From the NCBI RefSeq assembly GCF_006345805.1, contig NC_042998.1, positions 35,092,001-35,156,000 of the forward strand: DNA of 64,000 nt, given 5' to 3'. How positions within the stretch are numbered: position 1 is the first letter of the stretch; the number at the start of each line of letters is the position of its first letter. A program made the position numbers and the translations under genes. The notes beneath the pieces were generated by a model. The model ran no database searches. It was not told where the DNA came from and saw only the letters and a program-made list of their open reading frames with translations. The stretch is from Octopus sinensis (lineage: Eukaryota). Below are positions 36,312-50,249 of the stretch, piece after piece.

Positions 36312-36400
36312 CGACGATGATGATTCTTTTTAATAAAGGCACAAAGAGAAAATTTGCGGAAGAAGAAGAAAAAGAAGAAGAAGAAGAAGAAGAAGAAGCT
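36140..36400. repeat. Compound trinucleotide array (AAT/GAT/GAC/GGT/GAA)
   Basis: Direct reading. Confidence 0.97.
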
Positions 36401-37064
36401 AAAGGGGTATTTAGGAAGGTTCTTTCCATTTAAGTTTATTTGTTGTAACCTGATGTTAGGAATTTTTTTTCCAACAGTCAAATCTGTTGTGTGCAAATGG
36501 AATAATAATGGTTTCAAATTTTAGCACGAGGCCAGCAATCTTGGGAGAGGTGGTTGTGCTGAGTGTAATGCAAATACGGGCGTACCATTTTATTAACTGA
36601 CATAGGTTGTTCAGCTTGGTCATGTTGGTAGAGTAACTCGTCCACCTGTACTTCATTACATGACAAATAATGGATTCGAAGCAAAAAGCAAAGTTCCGTC
36701 ATTGATTCCTTGACGAATAAAGAAGGGACATAGGTTGCCGTATATTCAGAGAAGGTTATTAACGGAGGTGGCCCTCTCGACAAGAGCAATGAGGACAGGT
36801 GGAGGAAGGAATTTAACGAACGGCAAACCGGTATTTAAGACAACCACGACAGTGGGAAACCATCAACTGAACCACTGACACCAATCACCAGTGACTGGAT
36901 GAATTGATTCACGCGCGGACAACTGGACTGTGGTCACAATACATTGAGAATTATGTTTGTCTGTCCTTGTTTGTCTCTTCTATGTTTAGCCCCTGTGGTC
37001 AATAAAGAAAGAAACACATTGAGAGATAAGTATAACTAGGAACTTGGAGAGTTTGTAACATTTG

Positions 37065-37331
37065 TTGTATAATAAGGATATTTATATTTTCTAAACGTTC
37101 TACATCTGTCATTATTCCAGGTTTTGTGGAAATGCGATCGCTAATATTTTACAATCGACAAATAATTAAAAATCGATTCGGCAATGTGAATTAATCAGTT
37201 GTATACTAAGGATATTAATATTTTATAAACGCTCTACATCTATCATTATACCAGGTTTTGTGGAAATGCGATCGCTAATATTTTGTAATCGACAAATAAT
37301 TAAAAATCGATTCGGCAATGTGAATTAATCA
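37065..37331. repeat. Direct tandem duplication, period 134 bp
   Basis: ccaggttttgtgg at 37117 and 37251; the two units are near identical. Confidence 0.95.
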
Positions 37332-39494
37332 AACAGATTCACATATCGTAGTAGAATCTCACAATGTGTCATAATAGTAATTCAAGAGTAACCCTTAGAA
37401 ATTATAGAAGCCTTTTTTTATTAAACAGGAAAAATCATTAGATACACAACACGAAATATTTTTCGGGGCCATAGCTCGATCACACTTAGTGAAAGTGCGG
37501 TTGTGGAAAAGATGGTTTGTTACTGTATCCCATCGGCTAATGGGAGAATGCTATGAAACGGACGGTAGTAACATCAAATACATTTTAGTTGTTATATGTA
37601 CACCAGGGTTTTGCCGATACCCTCCCCTATGCTGCATGCCACTCTCGCTTCCTTTCACTTTATCTTTTAATAGACGTACTCTCATGTTTCTTACTCTTGC
37701 ACATGCTTTTGGGTCTTCAACTCTTCACCGCCTGTTTCATCTGTTTTCCTTTCTTTCATTGAGCCATAACTCCGATATAACCTTGTAGACTTAATCAAGA
37801 CTTGGACGTCAGTGCATCTCCCAACAGACAAATTACTAGTACGAGACACTCGCTTTGTGTAACGTAAGCTGAAAACAAACCAACGGTCATGTTGGGTATT
37901 AATGTTTTATGACCGTACTCTCTTCATCTTCTATATTTAAACAACAAACAAACGCTTTTGTATGCCTGATACAGGTCGAGAGAGAATAAACTCTGTCACA
38001 TATCTATGAGAGCTCTCACCAGTTCAACTTGCAAAGGCACACGAAACGCTCTTAGATTTTTGTTACATTCCTTCTCGCAGTTTCTTGGGTGAAATCCGTA
38101 GGAACGAACTTCACTCTATTAGCAAAAGATGAGCAGTTATTTGTGATGTTTTCGATATTCTTTTGTATTTTTGTCATTTAAAGTGATATTTATACCAGTG
38201 TTTTTTTTGTTCTTCTATTTCAGATTTTATCTGCAAATGCAATTTTTTTCAAACTGTGTTAGTTTAATGCTTTAAGCCTGTCTTTGGATGTACTAAAAAT
38301 TGGGGAGAGTATATATATTTTTCAATATTAATTTTGTTGCTACCATCGTGACCAGCATCTCCTCCCGCAACCATCCAGGCGGCTACTTTAAGCCAGTAAT
38401 AAACTAGACAATAAGAGTGCAACCAACATATTCGCTGATTAGTTGTCTGCGTGTGTGAAAACTATATAAACTGAAAAACCATTTTCTCGAGGCATTGGAA
38501 TTTTTCTTTCTTTTTTTAGTTAGAACCTGCTCTTCTTATCAGCTTCGAGAACTGGAAACTTCCTGGCACTGACAGCATTCGAAGATTTTAGTTGCATTCA
38601 TCTCACAAATCGCTGTCACACAGCGTCAGCCTTCAATATCCTGTTGTATAATCAAACCAAATACCTCGACAGCGTCTTACTTGTTGACAATAGACAAACA
38701 CTCGGCCCCTCTAATTACTGCCCATCACTTGTCTGCCGTTCATTTATAAACTGCTCTGCAAACTATTACCCAACACGATGATTGACTATTTACGTTATAT
38801 GTTTTTCAAACATTGTGTCAAAGCAAAACTGAGAACAGAATTAATAAAAATCATTAATATCATGCGATATATAGACACAGGAGAGAATTAGACTAAACAT
38901 AGGCCTGCAAATACTTTGGAATTAATGAAGTAGACATTTAAACGAAGTCAATTAGTAAGAGTAGATAAGAAAACAAGAAAACGAATGGCTGTATTTATAT
39001 TACACTACTCGGAATCGACATAGAAAGAAAGATTATAATTAATAAGTCGAACATAGCGAATAAGTAGTCTTCTGCTACAAGAAAACTATTAGGAAATATT
39101 TACTTTAAAATGACAAAAATATCTTGTAAATATGAATAATTAAATGGTGAATAAAATAAAACATAAATAAATTCAATGTATGAACACAAAACAAAAAAAC
39201 TTTACTGTGTTCTGAAAATCTCACAAATATAAAGTATGAGTCAGAGAGCAATGAGTAGGGAACAAAAATAACAAGAGATCAAAAATTAAAAGATCAAACT
39301 AAAAATGCTTCGAAAAGAAATATGCTAACATATTGATATGAAATGCTGCTACATGGCCAGTATTTAGTGAGATGCCAGATATTGTCAAAGATCAACTGAA
39401 AAAGTAATGCCTTCATACTGATGTTTCAATTCCAATAAATTGGGAAATTATTTAAATTCAAGGGGATAATAGTAATAAATAAACCCCGTAACAA

Positions 39495-39605
39495 ATTATT
39501 TCTTTATTGCCTACAAGGGGATAAACGTAGAGGGGACAAACAAGGTCAGACAAAGGGATTAAGTCGATTACATCGACCCCAGTGCGTAACTGGTACTTAT
39601 TTAAT
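39495..39605 (-). mobile_element. SINE family A 3' fragment
   Basis: atttctttattgcctacaagggg...cagtgcgtaactggtac. Confidence 0.85.
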
Positions 39606-39717
39606 CATCAACATCAACATCAACATCAACAACAACAACAACAGCAACAGCAAGCAACAACAACAGCAACACCAACACCAACACCAACACCAACACCAAC
39701 ACCATCAACACCAACAT

Positions 39718-39749
<32 letters not shown>

Positions 39750-39840
39750 CCATCAACACCATCAACAACAACAACACAACACCAACAACAACACCATCAA
39801 CAACATCAACAACAACACCAACACCAACACCAACACCATC

Positions 39841-39883
<43 letters not shown>

Positions 39884-40140
39884 CAACAACAACAACAACA
39901 TCATCATCATCATCATCACCACTAACATCCCCACCACCACTAATGCCGTCGCTGTTTCATTAACTCCACCTCTACAATGCTATAAGGCAGAAACTTTATT
40001 TCGCCATCGAAGCTATTACAACTCATCAGCACCACCAGCAACATTAGTTGAACCAGCAGCACCACCACCTCCCCCCACAATCCACCACCTCCACCGACAA
40101 CAACAACAACAACAACAACAACAGCAAGCAACAACAACAC
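39606..40140. repeat. CAA/CAC/CAT/CAG low-complexity array
   Basis: Direct reading; source of the poly-Q/H/T pseudo-ORFs. Confidence 0.93.
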
Positions 40141-40367
40141 ATTCTTCTCAGAACTGCAGCAACTATTATCAAAACAAACACAATCGGTGCTTCTGACCTT
40201 TGTATAACTTCCGAATTGTGTCACGAAACTAAACAAATGCGAATGAGACGCAACAGAATGAACTGCATGTTGATCTCACGACAATAAACGGCGGTCTTTA
40301 ATTAATTTAGCTTCGTGAGCGAGAAAACCGACAATTGCAACAGTTTATATTTGTGCGTGTTTCATAT

Positions 40368-40591
40368 ACTCTTTACTCTCTTTTACTTGTTTCAGTCATT
40401 TGACTGCGGCCATGCTGGAGCACCGCCTTTAGTCGAGCAAATCAACCCTGGGACTTATTCTTTGTAAGCCCAGTACTTATTCTATCGGTCTCTTTTTGCC
40501 GAACCGCTAAGTGACGGGGACTTAAACACACCAGCATCGGTTGTCAAGCAATGCTAGGGGGACAAACACCGACACACAAACACAGACACAG

Positions 40592-40658
<67 letters not shown>

Positions 40659-40823
40659 TACGACAGGCTTCTTTCAGTTTCCGTCTACCAAATCCACTCA
40701 CAAGGCATTGGTCAGCCCGGGGCTATAGCAGAAGACATTTGCCCAAGATGCCATGCAGTGGGACTGAACCCGCAACCATGTGGTTGGTTAGCAAGCTACT
40801 TACCACACACCCACTCCTGCGCC
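40368..40823 (-). mobile_element. SINE family B, full length
   Basis: ctctttactctc tail through ccactcctgcgcc head. Confidence 0.95.
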
Positions 40824-41359
40824 AAAATATAGATATATTTTGTGGTGCTTTTATTTGTTTTATGTTTGTTTTGGGGTGGAGTTTATCTTTATTTTTGCCT
40901 GTTTGTTTTTTTTTTTTTTGTAGCTGTTGCATATTCTGAGCTCGAATTACAACAAAGTTTTCTTCGCCTTTCATCCATGCAAAGACCAGAAGATAAGTAC
41001 ATAGTTTGTATCGGTGGCAATTCATTTAACTAACGCTCCCCCGCCGATCTATAAATAGAGAGCAATATGCCAATCTCAGAACACTGCGCAACTGAAGACT
41101 TTGCATTCGCTTGTGTCATAAACATTTCTAACAATAACATTTAGATCCATTCTCGAACGTGATTTGTCTGTACTTAAATCCCGAGAACAGACATATAACC
41201 CAAGGGTCATGTTCTCCAGCACAGTGCATTCAGTGACGCTTTACGTGTCTGTTTCGTAAGAAAGTAGGGATGAACTGAGGAAGAATAGGTTGTTATTTCT
41301 AGTAGATCAAGCAAGCATCTCCATGGTAACACAAGCTCTTAAACATTAATCTTTTATCG

Positions 41360-41578
41360 TTAGTTTGTTTCGGTTATTAAATTGCGGCCATACTGGGGCA
41401 CTACCTCGAAGAAATTTCAGTCGACTCCAGTACTAATTTATTGTAACTAACTTATTGTAACGGTATCTTTTGCCGAGCTGCTAAGTTATGAGGATGTAAA
41501 CACACCAACATCGGTTGTCAAACGGTGGTAGGGGATAATCATAGGTGCAAACAAACACAAACGTACATACACACGCAC

Positions 41579-41657
<79 letters not shown>

Positions 41658-42070
41658 CATACATACATATATACATACATACATAGATAGATACATAGAT
41701 AGATAGATACATAGATAGATACATAGATACATAGATAGATACATAGATAGATACATAGATAGATACATAGATAGATACATAGATAGATACATAGATAGAT
41801 ACATAGATAGATACATACATAGATACATAGATAGATAGATAGATACATACATACATACATACATACATACATACATAGATACATAGATAGATACATAGAT
41901 AGATAGATAATGAGCTTCTTTCAGTTTCCGTCAACGAAATCTACTCTGACTTTTGATATGCCCGAGGCTATAGTAGAAGACACTTGCTCAAAGTGTCCTG
42001 CAGCGGGTCTGAACCCAGAGCAATGTGATTCGTAAGCAGACTTTTTACGACACAGCCACACCTATGCCTA
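41360..42070 (-). mobile_element. SINE family B with about 330-bp GATA/CATA linker
   Basis: 3' half 41360-41575, linker, 5' half from gagcttctttcagtttccg to acacagccacacctatgcc. Confidence 0.85.
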
Positions 42071-42464
42071 TGATTATTTATGTAGAATACATCTTAAGTG
42101 AGAAGTTCCAACAGGTTAAAATAAAAAGCTGATGTGGTTTTAATTTGACGGACGTAATTAATATGCGCAATTAATTAAAATGTTAAGGGTTATACATGTC
42201 TGGAAATCAGTGCAACACTACTCTTTTTAAATATTCATATTTCTGTCATATTTAAAGCAGTATTTCATTTTTTTTCCAGCTAATGAAGATGTCTTTTTAG
42301 TTTCACTTTAAAAATAAATGTAAGGAACTACAAAATTAGGGAGCATCTATGGAAATTCTGCTTTCCGGATTTTGCTACCGTATATATGTGTGTGGGCGTG
42401 TACATACACACACACACATACATTGTTGTTGTTGTTATAGTTGTTATTATTATTGTTATTATTA

Positions 42465-43270
<806 letters not shown>

Positions 43271-43346
43271 TATTATTATTGTTGCTGTTGTTGTTGTTGT
43301 TGTTGTTGTTGCTGCTGCTGCTGCTACTGCTGCTGCTGCTGCTATT

Positions 43347-43511
43347 GAGTGAGAGATCAGTGCATGCCATCAAAGTGACACTGGAGTAAAATATACGAAG
43401 CCCAGTATACCCATCATGACTACCTGTCTGATAAGGGTACACCAGGCACATACATCACAACCATATGTGTGCGACATGGTGATCTCATATCAAGATAAAC
43501 AGTGCATGACC
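43347..43511 (-). mobile_element. Family C 3' fragment
   Basis: Reverse complement of about 31900-32066. Confidence 0.85.
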
Positions 43512-43599
43512 ATTTCGCTTAACTGAATAACTGTAATATTCATCAGAAAAACCGACGCTAGATATAATATATTGTATGCAAGGAAGAGAAAGGGCAAAA

Positions 43600-43750
43600 C
43601 CGTTAACACACTGGGCAAAATGCTTAGCGGTGTTTCGTCCCTATTTATGTTTTAAATTCAAATGCTACTGTGATCGATAAGTTAAGTACCAGTTGAACAC
43701 TGAGGTCGATGAAATCGACATAACTTCTCCCCCGAAAATTGCTGACTTTC
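43600..43750 (+). mobile_element. Degenerate SINE family A
   Basis: ctgggcaaaatgcttagcgg...gataagttaagtaccag...ggtcgatgaaatcgac. Confidence 0.65.
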
Positions 43751-44107
43751 AACCAAAAATTGAAACCACTACATATTGTATGTCTCTGCATATAAAGAAG
43801 AAAGTGACAATGATGTTTAGTTGCAATATAATCGTACGGAATAAAAATAGATGATGCCTGTGTATACGAACGTGTGTGTGTGAGAGAATTCGTTTATACA
43901 TATGCTTGTGTGTGGATGTGTACTGAAACATATGGTTACACATTTCAGGTGCAAAAATGTGATAAAATTGAACGAATCATATGATGGTTAACTTCGCTTC
44001 TGTTCATGATATCGTTGACGATGTAATTTCCTGTGGTACATCTTATTGATAGTTTTTGTCAATCAGAAAAAAACAATTCTGTGATCTGATTATAGTCTCA
44101 GTAAGAG

Positions 44108-44109
<2 letters not shown>

Positions 44110-44138
<29 letters not shown>

Positions 44139-45187
44139 TGTATGTATGTATGTATGTATGTATGTATGTGTGTATGTATGTGTGTATGTATGTATGTATG
44201 TATGTTTGTATGTATGTGTGTGTATGTATGTATGTGTGTATGTATGTATGTGTGTTTGTATGTATGTATGTATGTATGTATGTATGTATGTTTGTATGTA
44301 TGATTGTATGTATGTATGCATGTATGTATGTTTGTATGTATGATTGTATGTATGTATGCATGTATGATTGTATGTATGTATGTATGTATGTATGTATGTA
44401 TGTATGTATGCATGTATGTATGTATGTATGCATGCATGTATATGCATGTATGTATGCATATGTATGTATGTACGTGTGTATGCATGTATGCATGTATGTA
44501 TGTATGTATGTATGTATGTATGTATGTATGCATGTATATGCATGTATGTATGTATGCATATGTATGTATGTATGTATGTGTGTATGCATGTATGTATATA
44601 TGCATGCATGTATGTATGTATGCATGTATGTATGTATGCATGTATGTGTGTATGTATGCATGTGTATGTATGTATGCATGCATGATTGTATGTATGCATG
44701 TATGTATGTATGTATGCATGTATATGCATGTATGTATGTATGCATATGTATGTATGTATGTATGTGTGTATGCATGTATGTATGTATGTATGTATGTATG
44801 TATGCATGTATATGCATGTATGTATGTATGCATATGTATGTATGTATGTATGTGTGTATGCATGTATGTATGTATGTATGTTTGTATGTATGTATGTATG
44901 TTTGCATGTATGTATGTTTGTATGCATGTATGTTTGTATGTTTGTATGTATGTATGTGTGTGAGTATGTATGTATGCATGTATGTCTGTCTGTCTGTATG
45001 TATGTATGAATGTATCTATGTATGTATGTATGTATGTATGTATGTATGTATGTTTGTATGTATGTATGTATGTTTGCATGTATGTATGTTTGTATGTTTG
45101 TATGTATTGCATGTGTGTGTATGTATGTATTCATGTATGTCTGTCTGTCTGTATGTACGTATGTATGTATGTATGTATGTATGTATG
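44110..45187. repeat. About 1.08-kb (TATG)n/(CATG)n compound microsatellite
   Basis: Direct reading; source of the 200-420 aa HTYI/MYVC pseudo-ORFs. Confidence 0.98.
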
Positions 45188-45486
45188 CAAAATAAAGGAA
45201 GTGTTCGTAGAGCAGATATAAACGACATTTGCAATAAAATGAAGATAAATGCATAAGTGATAATGAAACTGAAGAATCTATCTTGATAATTTTATCATTA
45301 AGATGTAGCATTAAACCAGAATATGGTAGTTCAGTGAATAATATTTGCGTCTACATTCTGAGGCTTCATTTGGAGAAGGGGCAGCATCCACGGCCTTCAC
45401 AGCCTCCAAAACTGTTCAGATTAGTAATGTCTATGTTCAGATTTAGTGTATATGTGTCAGCGGCTTTATATAAATAGAAAATGTTT

Positions 45487-45716
45487 GTTTCTTTATTACT
45501 CACAGTGGGCTAAACATAGAGGGGACAAACAAGGACAGACAAACGGATTAAGTCGATTACATCGACCCCAGTGCGTAACTGGTACTTAATTTATCGACCC
45601 CGAAAGGATGAAAGGCAAAGTCGACCTCGGCGGAATTTGAACTCAGAACGTAGCGACGGGCGAAATACCGCGAATAACTTCGCCCGGCGTGCTAACGATT
45701 TTGCCAGCTCGCCGCC
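45487..45716 (-). mobile_element. SINE family A monomer with 16-bp TSD
   Basis: Full sequence; ttatataaatagaaaa at 45466-45481 and 45717-45732. Confidence 0.95.
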
Positions 45717-45981
45717 TTATATAAATAGAAAAGGTTAAAGCCTCTTACCACAACACAAAAGAAACTGCAACAAAAAGAAAGGTAGATTAGTCCAAGTATT
45801 AAACCGATTCCATTTCGTGCGCCACCGTCATAAGAATGATTAGTTTCGGCAGGAAGAGAAAAGATAAGGGAAAATACTAAAGTAGATCATAATTTTTTGA
45901 ATTTTTTTTTCCGTGATACAATGTCCTAAAAATACCAAAAATGTCCTCATGGACATTATCGAATATTCTTGAAAGACTCAC

Positions 45982-46029
45982 CGGTATTTGTGATAGTGAA
46001 GAAACACATATTAGTGGGGGAAATCATTG
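45982..46029 (-). CDS. Candidate 48-nt exon (MISPTNMCFFTITNT)
   Basis: ttttatttgttatgttgtatcag acceptor and CCG|GTGAGT donor; symmetric phase 1; no homology recognised. Confidence 0.25.
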
Positions 46030-46296
46030 CTGATACAACATAACAAATAAAATAAACTCAATTGTTCTTTCCAAAATATTATCTTATGCAAATTCTTGGT
46101 GCACCGAATCGCCACTGAAAAAGCATTTACTTACGAATGACAAGATTCGGATGTGGAAGGGTTTCACACGTTTATGCAGTGTTTTTTTTATTTATTTTAT
46201 TTATTCATTTATTTTTTGTAGTTGTCAACTCTCTATATTGCAGGTCTACACCATTACACAACATTATAAGGCATTTTCAAAGTTTCTTCCTCTCTT

Positions 46297-46346
<50 letters not shown>

Positions 46347-46354
46347 GTGTGTGT

Positions 46355-46642
46355 GAGGTGCAATGGCCCAGTGGTTAGGGCAGCGGACTCGCGGTCGTAG
46401 GATCACGGTTTCGATTCCCAGACCGGGCGTTGTGAGTGTTTATTCAGCGAAAACACCTAAAGCTTCACGAGGCTCCGGCAGGGTGGTGATGGCGATCCCT
46501 GCTGTACTCTTTCGCCACAACTTTCTCTCACTCTTTCTTCTGTTGGCCTGCTCGCTTAGCCAGCGGGGTGGCGTCATTTGAAGGCTAAAACAATGCGAAG
46601 CGCATTGTGACCAGCGATGTGTAACAACATCTGATAGCCTGG
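46355..46642 (+). mobile_element. SINE family E variant with a different 3' module
   Basis: tRNA-like head gaggtgcaatggcccagtggttagggcagcggactcgcgg...ggtttcgattccc; shares ttcgccacaactttctctcactcttt with 22774-23033; distinct tail ...caacatctgatagcctgg. Confidence 0.8.
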
Positions 46643-46676
46643 AAAAAAGTGTTTCATTCTTTGGCATGAAAAAATA

Positions 46677-46968
46677 GGGAAACTTAAAGAATTCCAAGCA
46701 ATTTTAAATTGACTTGACTTAAAAATCCAATTCACGATGGAATATAGCCAGCAACAACTCCCCTTCCTCGACATCCTCATTAAGAAATCTAATAACGTAA
46801 TAGAAACAGATATATACTATAAGCCTACGGATCTCAAGCAATATCTACCGTTCAACTCATGCCACCCCAGACACACCAGAATGAATATCCCCTTCAACCT
46901 AGCAAAAAGGTCATGTACTATAGTTTCTAATACAAACACCAGAGACACACGACTACATGAACTAAACT
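46677..46968 (+). mobile_element. Penelope-like RT C-terminal fragment
   Basis: IQFTMEYSQQQLPFLDILI...TDIYYKPTDLKQYLPFNSCHPRHTRMNIPFNLAKR; FLD, YxKPT and SxHP are typical of PLE RT. Confidence 0.92.
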
Positions 46969-47039
46969 TTTTTTTCCATATATATCAACTCGTGTGTTCC
47001 TTTTCATCCTTATACACACACACACACATATATATATAT

Positions 47040-47437
47040 ACTCTTTTACTCTTTTACTTGTTTCAGTCATTTGACTGCGGCCATGCTGGAGCACCGCCTT
47101 TAGTCGAGCAAATCGACCCCGGAACTTATTGTTTGTAAGCCCAGTACTTATTCTATCGGTCTCTTTTGCCGAACCGCTAAGAGACGGGGACGTAAACACA
47201 CTAGCATCGGTTGTCAAGCAATGCTAGGGGGGCAAACACAGACACACAAACACACATATATTTATACATATATACGACAGGCTTCTTTCAGTTTCTGTCT
47301 ACCAAATCCACTCACAAGGCATTGGTCGGCCCGAGGCTATAGCAGAAAACACCTGCCCAAGATGCCACGCAGTGGGACTGAACCCGGAACCATGTGGTTG
47401 GTTAGCAAGCTACTTACCACACAGCCACTCCTGCGCC
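47040..47437 (-). mobile_element. SINE family B, full length
   Basis: Canonical sequence with a short linker. Confidence 0.95.
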
Positions 47438-47493
47438 TATATATATATATGTATATATGTGTGTGTGTGTGTGTTTATATGTATTTATGTATG

Positions 47494-47535
<42 letters not shown>

Positions 47536-48391
47536 GTATATATGTATCAATTCATCAATCTCAATCGAAACTGGTAATTTGTCGACATTCTGATAGGTTT
47601 ATGCAAGATCATAAAATTGAATTCAGTCTTCATGAAGATTGTGTAAAAACCAAAATCCATAGAAAAAATTTATGGCAGTCCTTTCAAAGCTGAATTCGAT
47701 AGCAATTAAAAGTGAAACAAGAAATTATGTTTTATAGCTTTTCAAGAAGGCCATTACAAATTAGAGTCGACATTATTAGTATGATTAAAACAACTTTATA
47801 TTATTTATGAAGAGACGGCGGCAATAGATTGGCTACAATAATTATACATTTTATTTTTTGCAAATCAGAAAATTAAATGATTTCATTTCAACAGAACTGG
47901 ACATGTTATTGTAAATAGAGTAGTTTTAAACATTTCCATTTCTATAGATTACATACATAAATACATCTTAGTGAGTTTTCGTGTGCATATATATATATTG
48001 CCTGTCTTTTCTCAAAGCTCAATTTTCCAGCATTCACCACTTCACATCGTCTTGGCTTAACAGCCCTCACCTTTGTTTTTACGGTTTTGTTCTTACTGTT
48101 CTGTTTTTGTTTCCACCTTAACCCTCCGCAAAAAATCCCAAATTTTATTTAATTTGCTTTGCGGAAAGGACTGTTTTAACGATGTCATATTTTGTACCTA
48201 CCTTCGAAACGCGGAGTACATAAAATAGGGGACAACTGATGAAGGGAATGTTCTTTATGTTGCCTGTCTCATTTCTCTATTTGTTTCTTTCGCTGTTCGA
48301 AAAAAAGGTTTGTTTTCCGTGTTTTTGCTCTTTATGTTCTCGTATTCTCATTTTGTTGACGTTTTTTTTTATGTCCTGTACACATATATGC

Positions 48392-48431
<40 letters not shown>

Positions 48432-48470
48432 GTATGTATATAGGCATATATTTATATATTATTTATATTA

Positions 48471-48521
<51 letters not shown>

Positions 48522-48528
48522 GATTTAG

Positions 48529-48559
<31 letters not shown>

Positions 48560-48923
48560 TGTATGTATGTATGTACAAGAGTTACGGGATGGAGTAGAAA
48601 AAGGCCGAGCTAAATATGTTTCACAACGAGTGGAACCTCAGAAGTGGTAAAATCTAAGCAAGATGTATACCGCCGGCTATATGTATATATATATATGTAT
48701 ATATACATATATATTGTTTACACGCATACATATGAACGCACACACAGACACATACACACGAAGCGTTAAGTTGCATATTTGGCGTAAAAACTATTCAGCG
48801 AAAGTACGATGAATAGTATCTCCGACACTGAAATCACAACTGTCAGCCATGTGAAATGACTGGTAAATGTGAGACAAATAGCATGCATGAACACGACAGC
48901 AACAACACGCTAATAAAAGATAA

Positions 48924-49373
48924 CTGGAAAAGGTAGAAATCTTTGTAGTTATAGTTGAAACTGTAACTATAAAACGCATTTTTCTTGGAGTTATGAATTC
49001 TATAATAACTTATTTAATTGCTATAAAAAGGGCTAAACAAAACCCTTCTTTTGATATAATAACATATTGGGATGATTTCTTCTCAGAGCTGAATTATTTT
49101 ACAACAAAGCAACCACATCAACAAAGAATGTATTTCGAACAACAGAAGAAATATATTGAATATAACTTTATCCAAAGAAGAGAGATTTATTTTGATTCCA
49201 AACAGTATAAACAAAAGAATGATATCATTGGAACACCACGTACTTTCACACTCAATGACGTTCCTAAATATACTATGCTGCCTTACGGTCGGACTACATC
49301 CGAAGCTAAAGCAAAGAAAACACTACATTATTTACATTTGACAGATATTTGTCCTCATCTTGTTTGTTGTTAA
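48924..49373 (+). CDS. Unassigned 149-codon open frame
   Basis: Stop-free from 48924 (after TAA at 48921) to 49373; first ATG at 48993; the last ~17 codons run into a repeat; no domain recognised. Confidence 0.3.
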   Translation: MEKVEIFVVIVETVTIKRIFLGVMNSIITYLIAIKRAKQNPSFDIITYWDDFFSELNYFTTKQPHQQRMYFEQQKKYIEYNFIQRREIYFDSKQYKQKNDIIGTPRTFTLNDVPKYTMLPYGRTTSEAKAKKTLHYLHLTDICPHLVCC

Positions 49374-49464
49374 CACAATGTTTTGGTTGATGTACCCTCC
49401 AGTCTTCATCAGGTGTCGTGGGGAAATTTCGAACCTGGGTTCTCATTCCTAAGGAAGTTTTCAA

Positions 49465-49466
<2 letters not shown>
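49322..49466 (-). mobile_element. Short repeat with degenerate hammerhead motif next to (TTA)n
   Basis: Minus strand: acac-CTGATGA-a-gactg...caacc-AAAA-catt-gtgt (49372-49416); G12 is lost. Confidence 0.6.
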
Positions 49467-49521
<55 letters not shown>

Positions 49522-49535
49522 CATCATCATCGTCA

Positions 49536-49580
<45 letters not shown>

Positions 49581-50249
49581 TCACTGCTCCACTACTACTG
49601 TAATAATTATGAGTCGCAACCTTGATGATCCATGCATTGGTAATTAGGAATATGTAGCGGTGAAATATGTTTTTACAGAAATATTTAAAGGAAAATCATT
49701 TCATTTTTAGTATGATCTCTTAGAGAGCAGCATAAAAGGGACACGATTTCAAAGTGCACAAAATACCAATAGAGAGTGTATTAAAAGTAAATGATGAAAT
49801 TGGGGCGGAATATTTACAACAACGATATGGACGACCTTCTTTCTGATAGATTAATGCATGTTTATAGTAGAATATAGATATTTAAGAAATAAAATCGAAA
49901 CGACGGTGGAAGTGCCTTCATTTTAAAACAGAGATTGATTGCTGGTTTTCTTCACATGACTATCAGCCGTGTGACGATGCTTATTGCATGCAAGGAAGCA
50001 AATCACTAGATGCTTCACCAGCAAAACATAAAAAAGATAGAAATAAGGTTCAAAAATGAAAAAAAGTGAACCCATTTGTGCAAATTGATCACCCTCAAAC
50101 AGAAGATGAAAGCTATCTGAAACTCTGACAGCAGAGAGGAATAAATGATAGATATGTAAGAGAAGTTTTAATCAGAAACAGGCAGCGCTTTATAAAGATA
50201 AGAGGGGACGCTTTATAAAGATAAAAGGTTATTTTATGGACAGTATAAA

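Noticed and set aside
39582-40236. Poly-Q/H/T ORF resembling a transcription-factor tract
   Set aside because: It starts inside a SINE fragment and is almost entirely trinucleotide repeat, with no splice or domain support.
41051-41080. TATAAATA with a downstream TCAG, a possible core promoter
   Set aside because: The motif is common in AT-rich DNA and there is no associated gene evidence.
44043-45311. Long ORFs (up to 422 aa) of [12 protein letters not shown] type here and at 3359-4101, 10601-11221 and 41481-41934
   Set aside because: They are translations of CATA/TATG/TA/GATA microsatellites, which lack stop codons in several frames.
46355-46430. tRNA-like sequences at SINE heads (also 26289, 11863, 56964)
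   Set aside because: A- and B-box-like motifs are present but there is no complete cloverleaf, and each continues into a repeat body.
48200-48270. GAAAC followed by CTGATGA, a possible type-II hammerhead
   Set aside because: Stems I and III do not pair in this arrangement; at best it is a scrambled or decayed PLE terminus.
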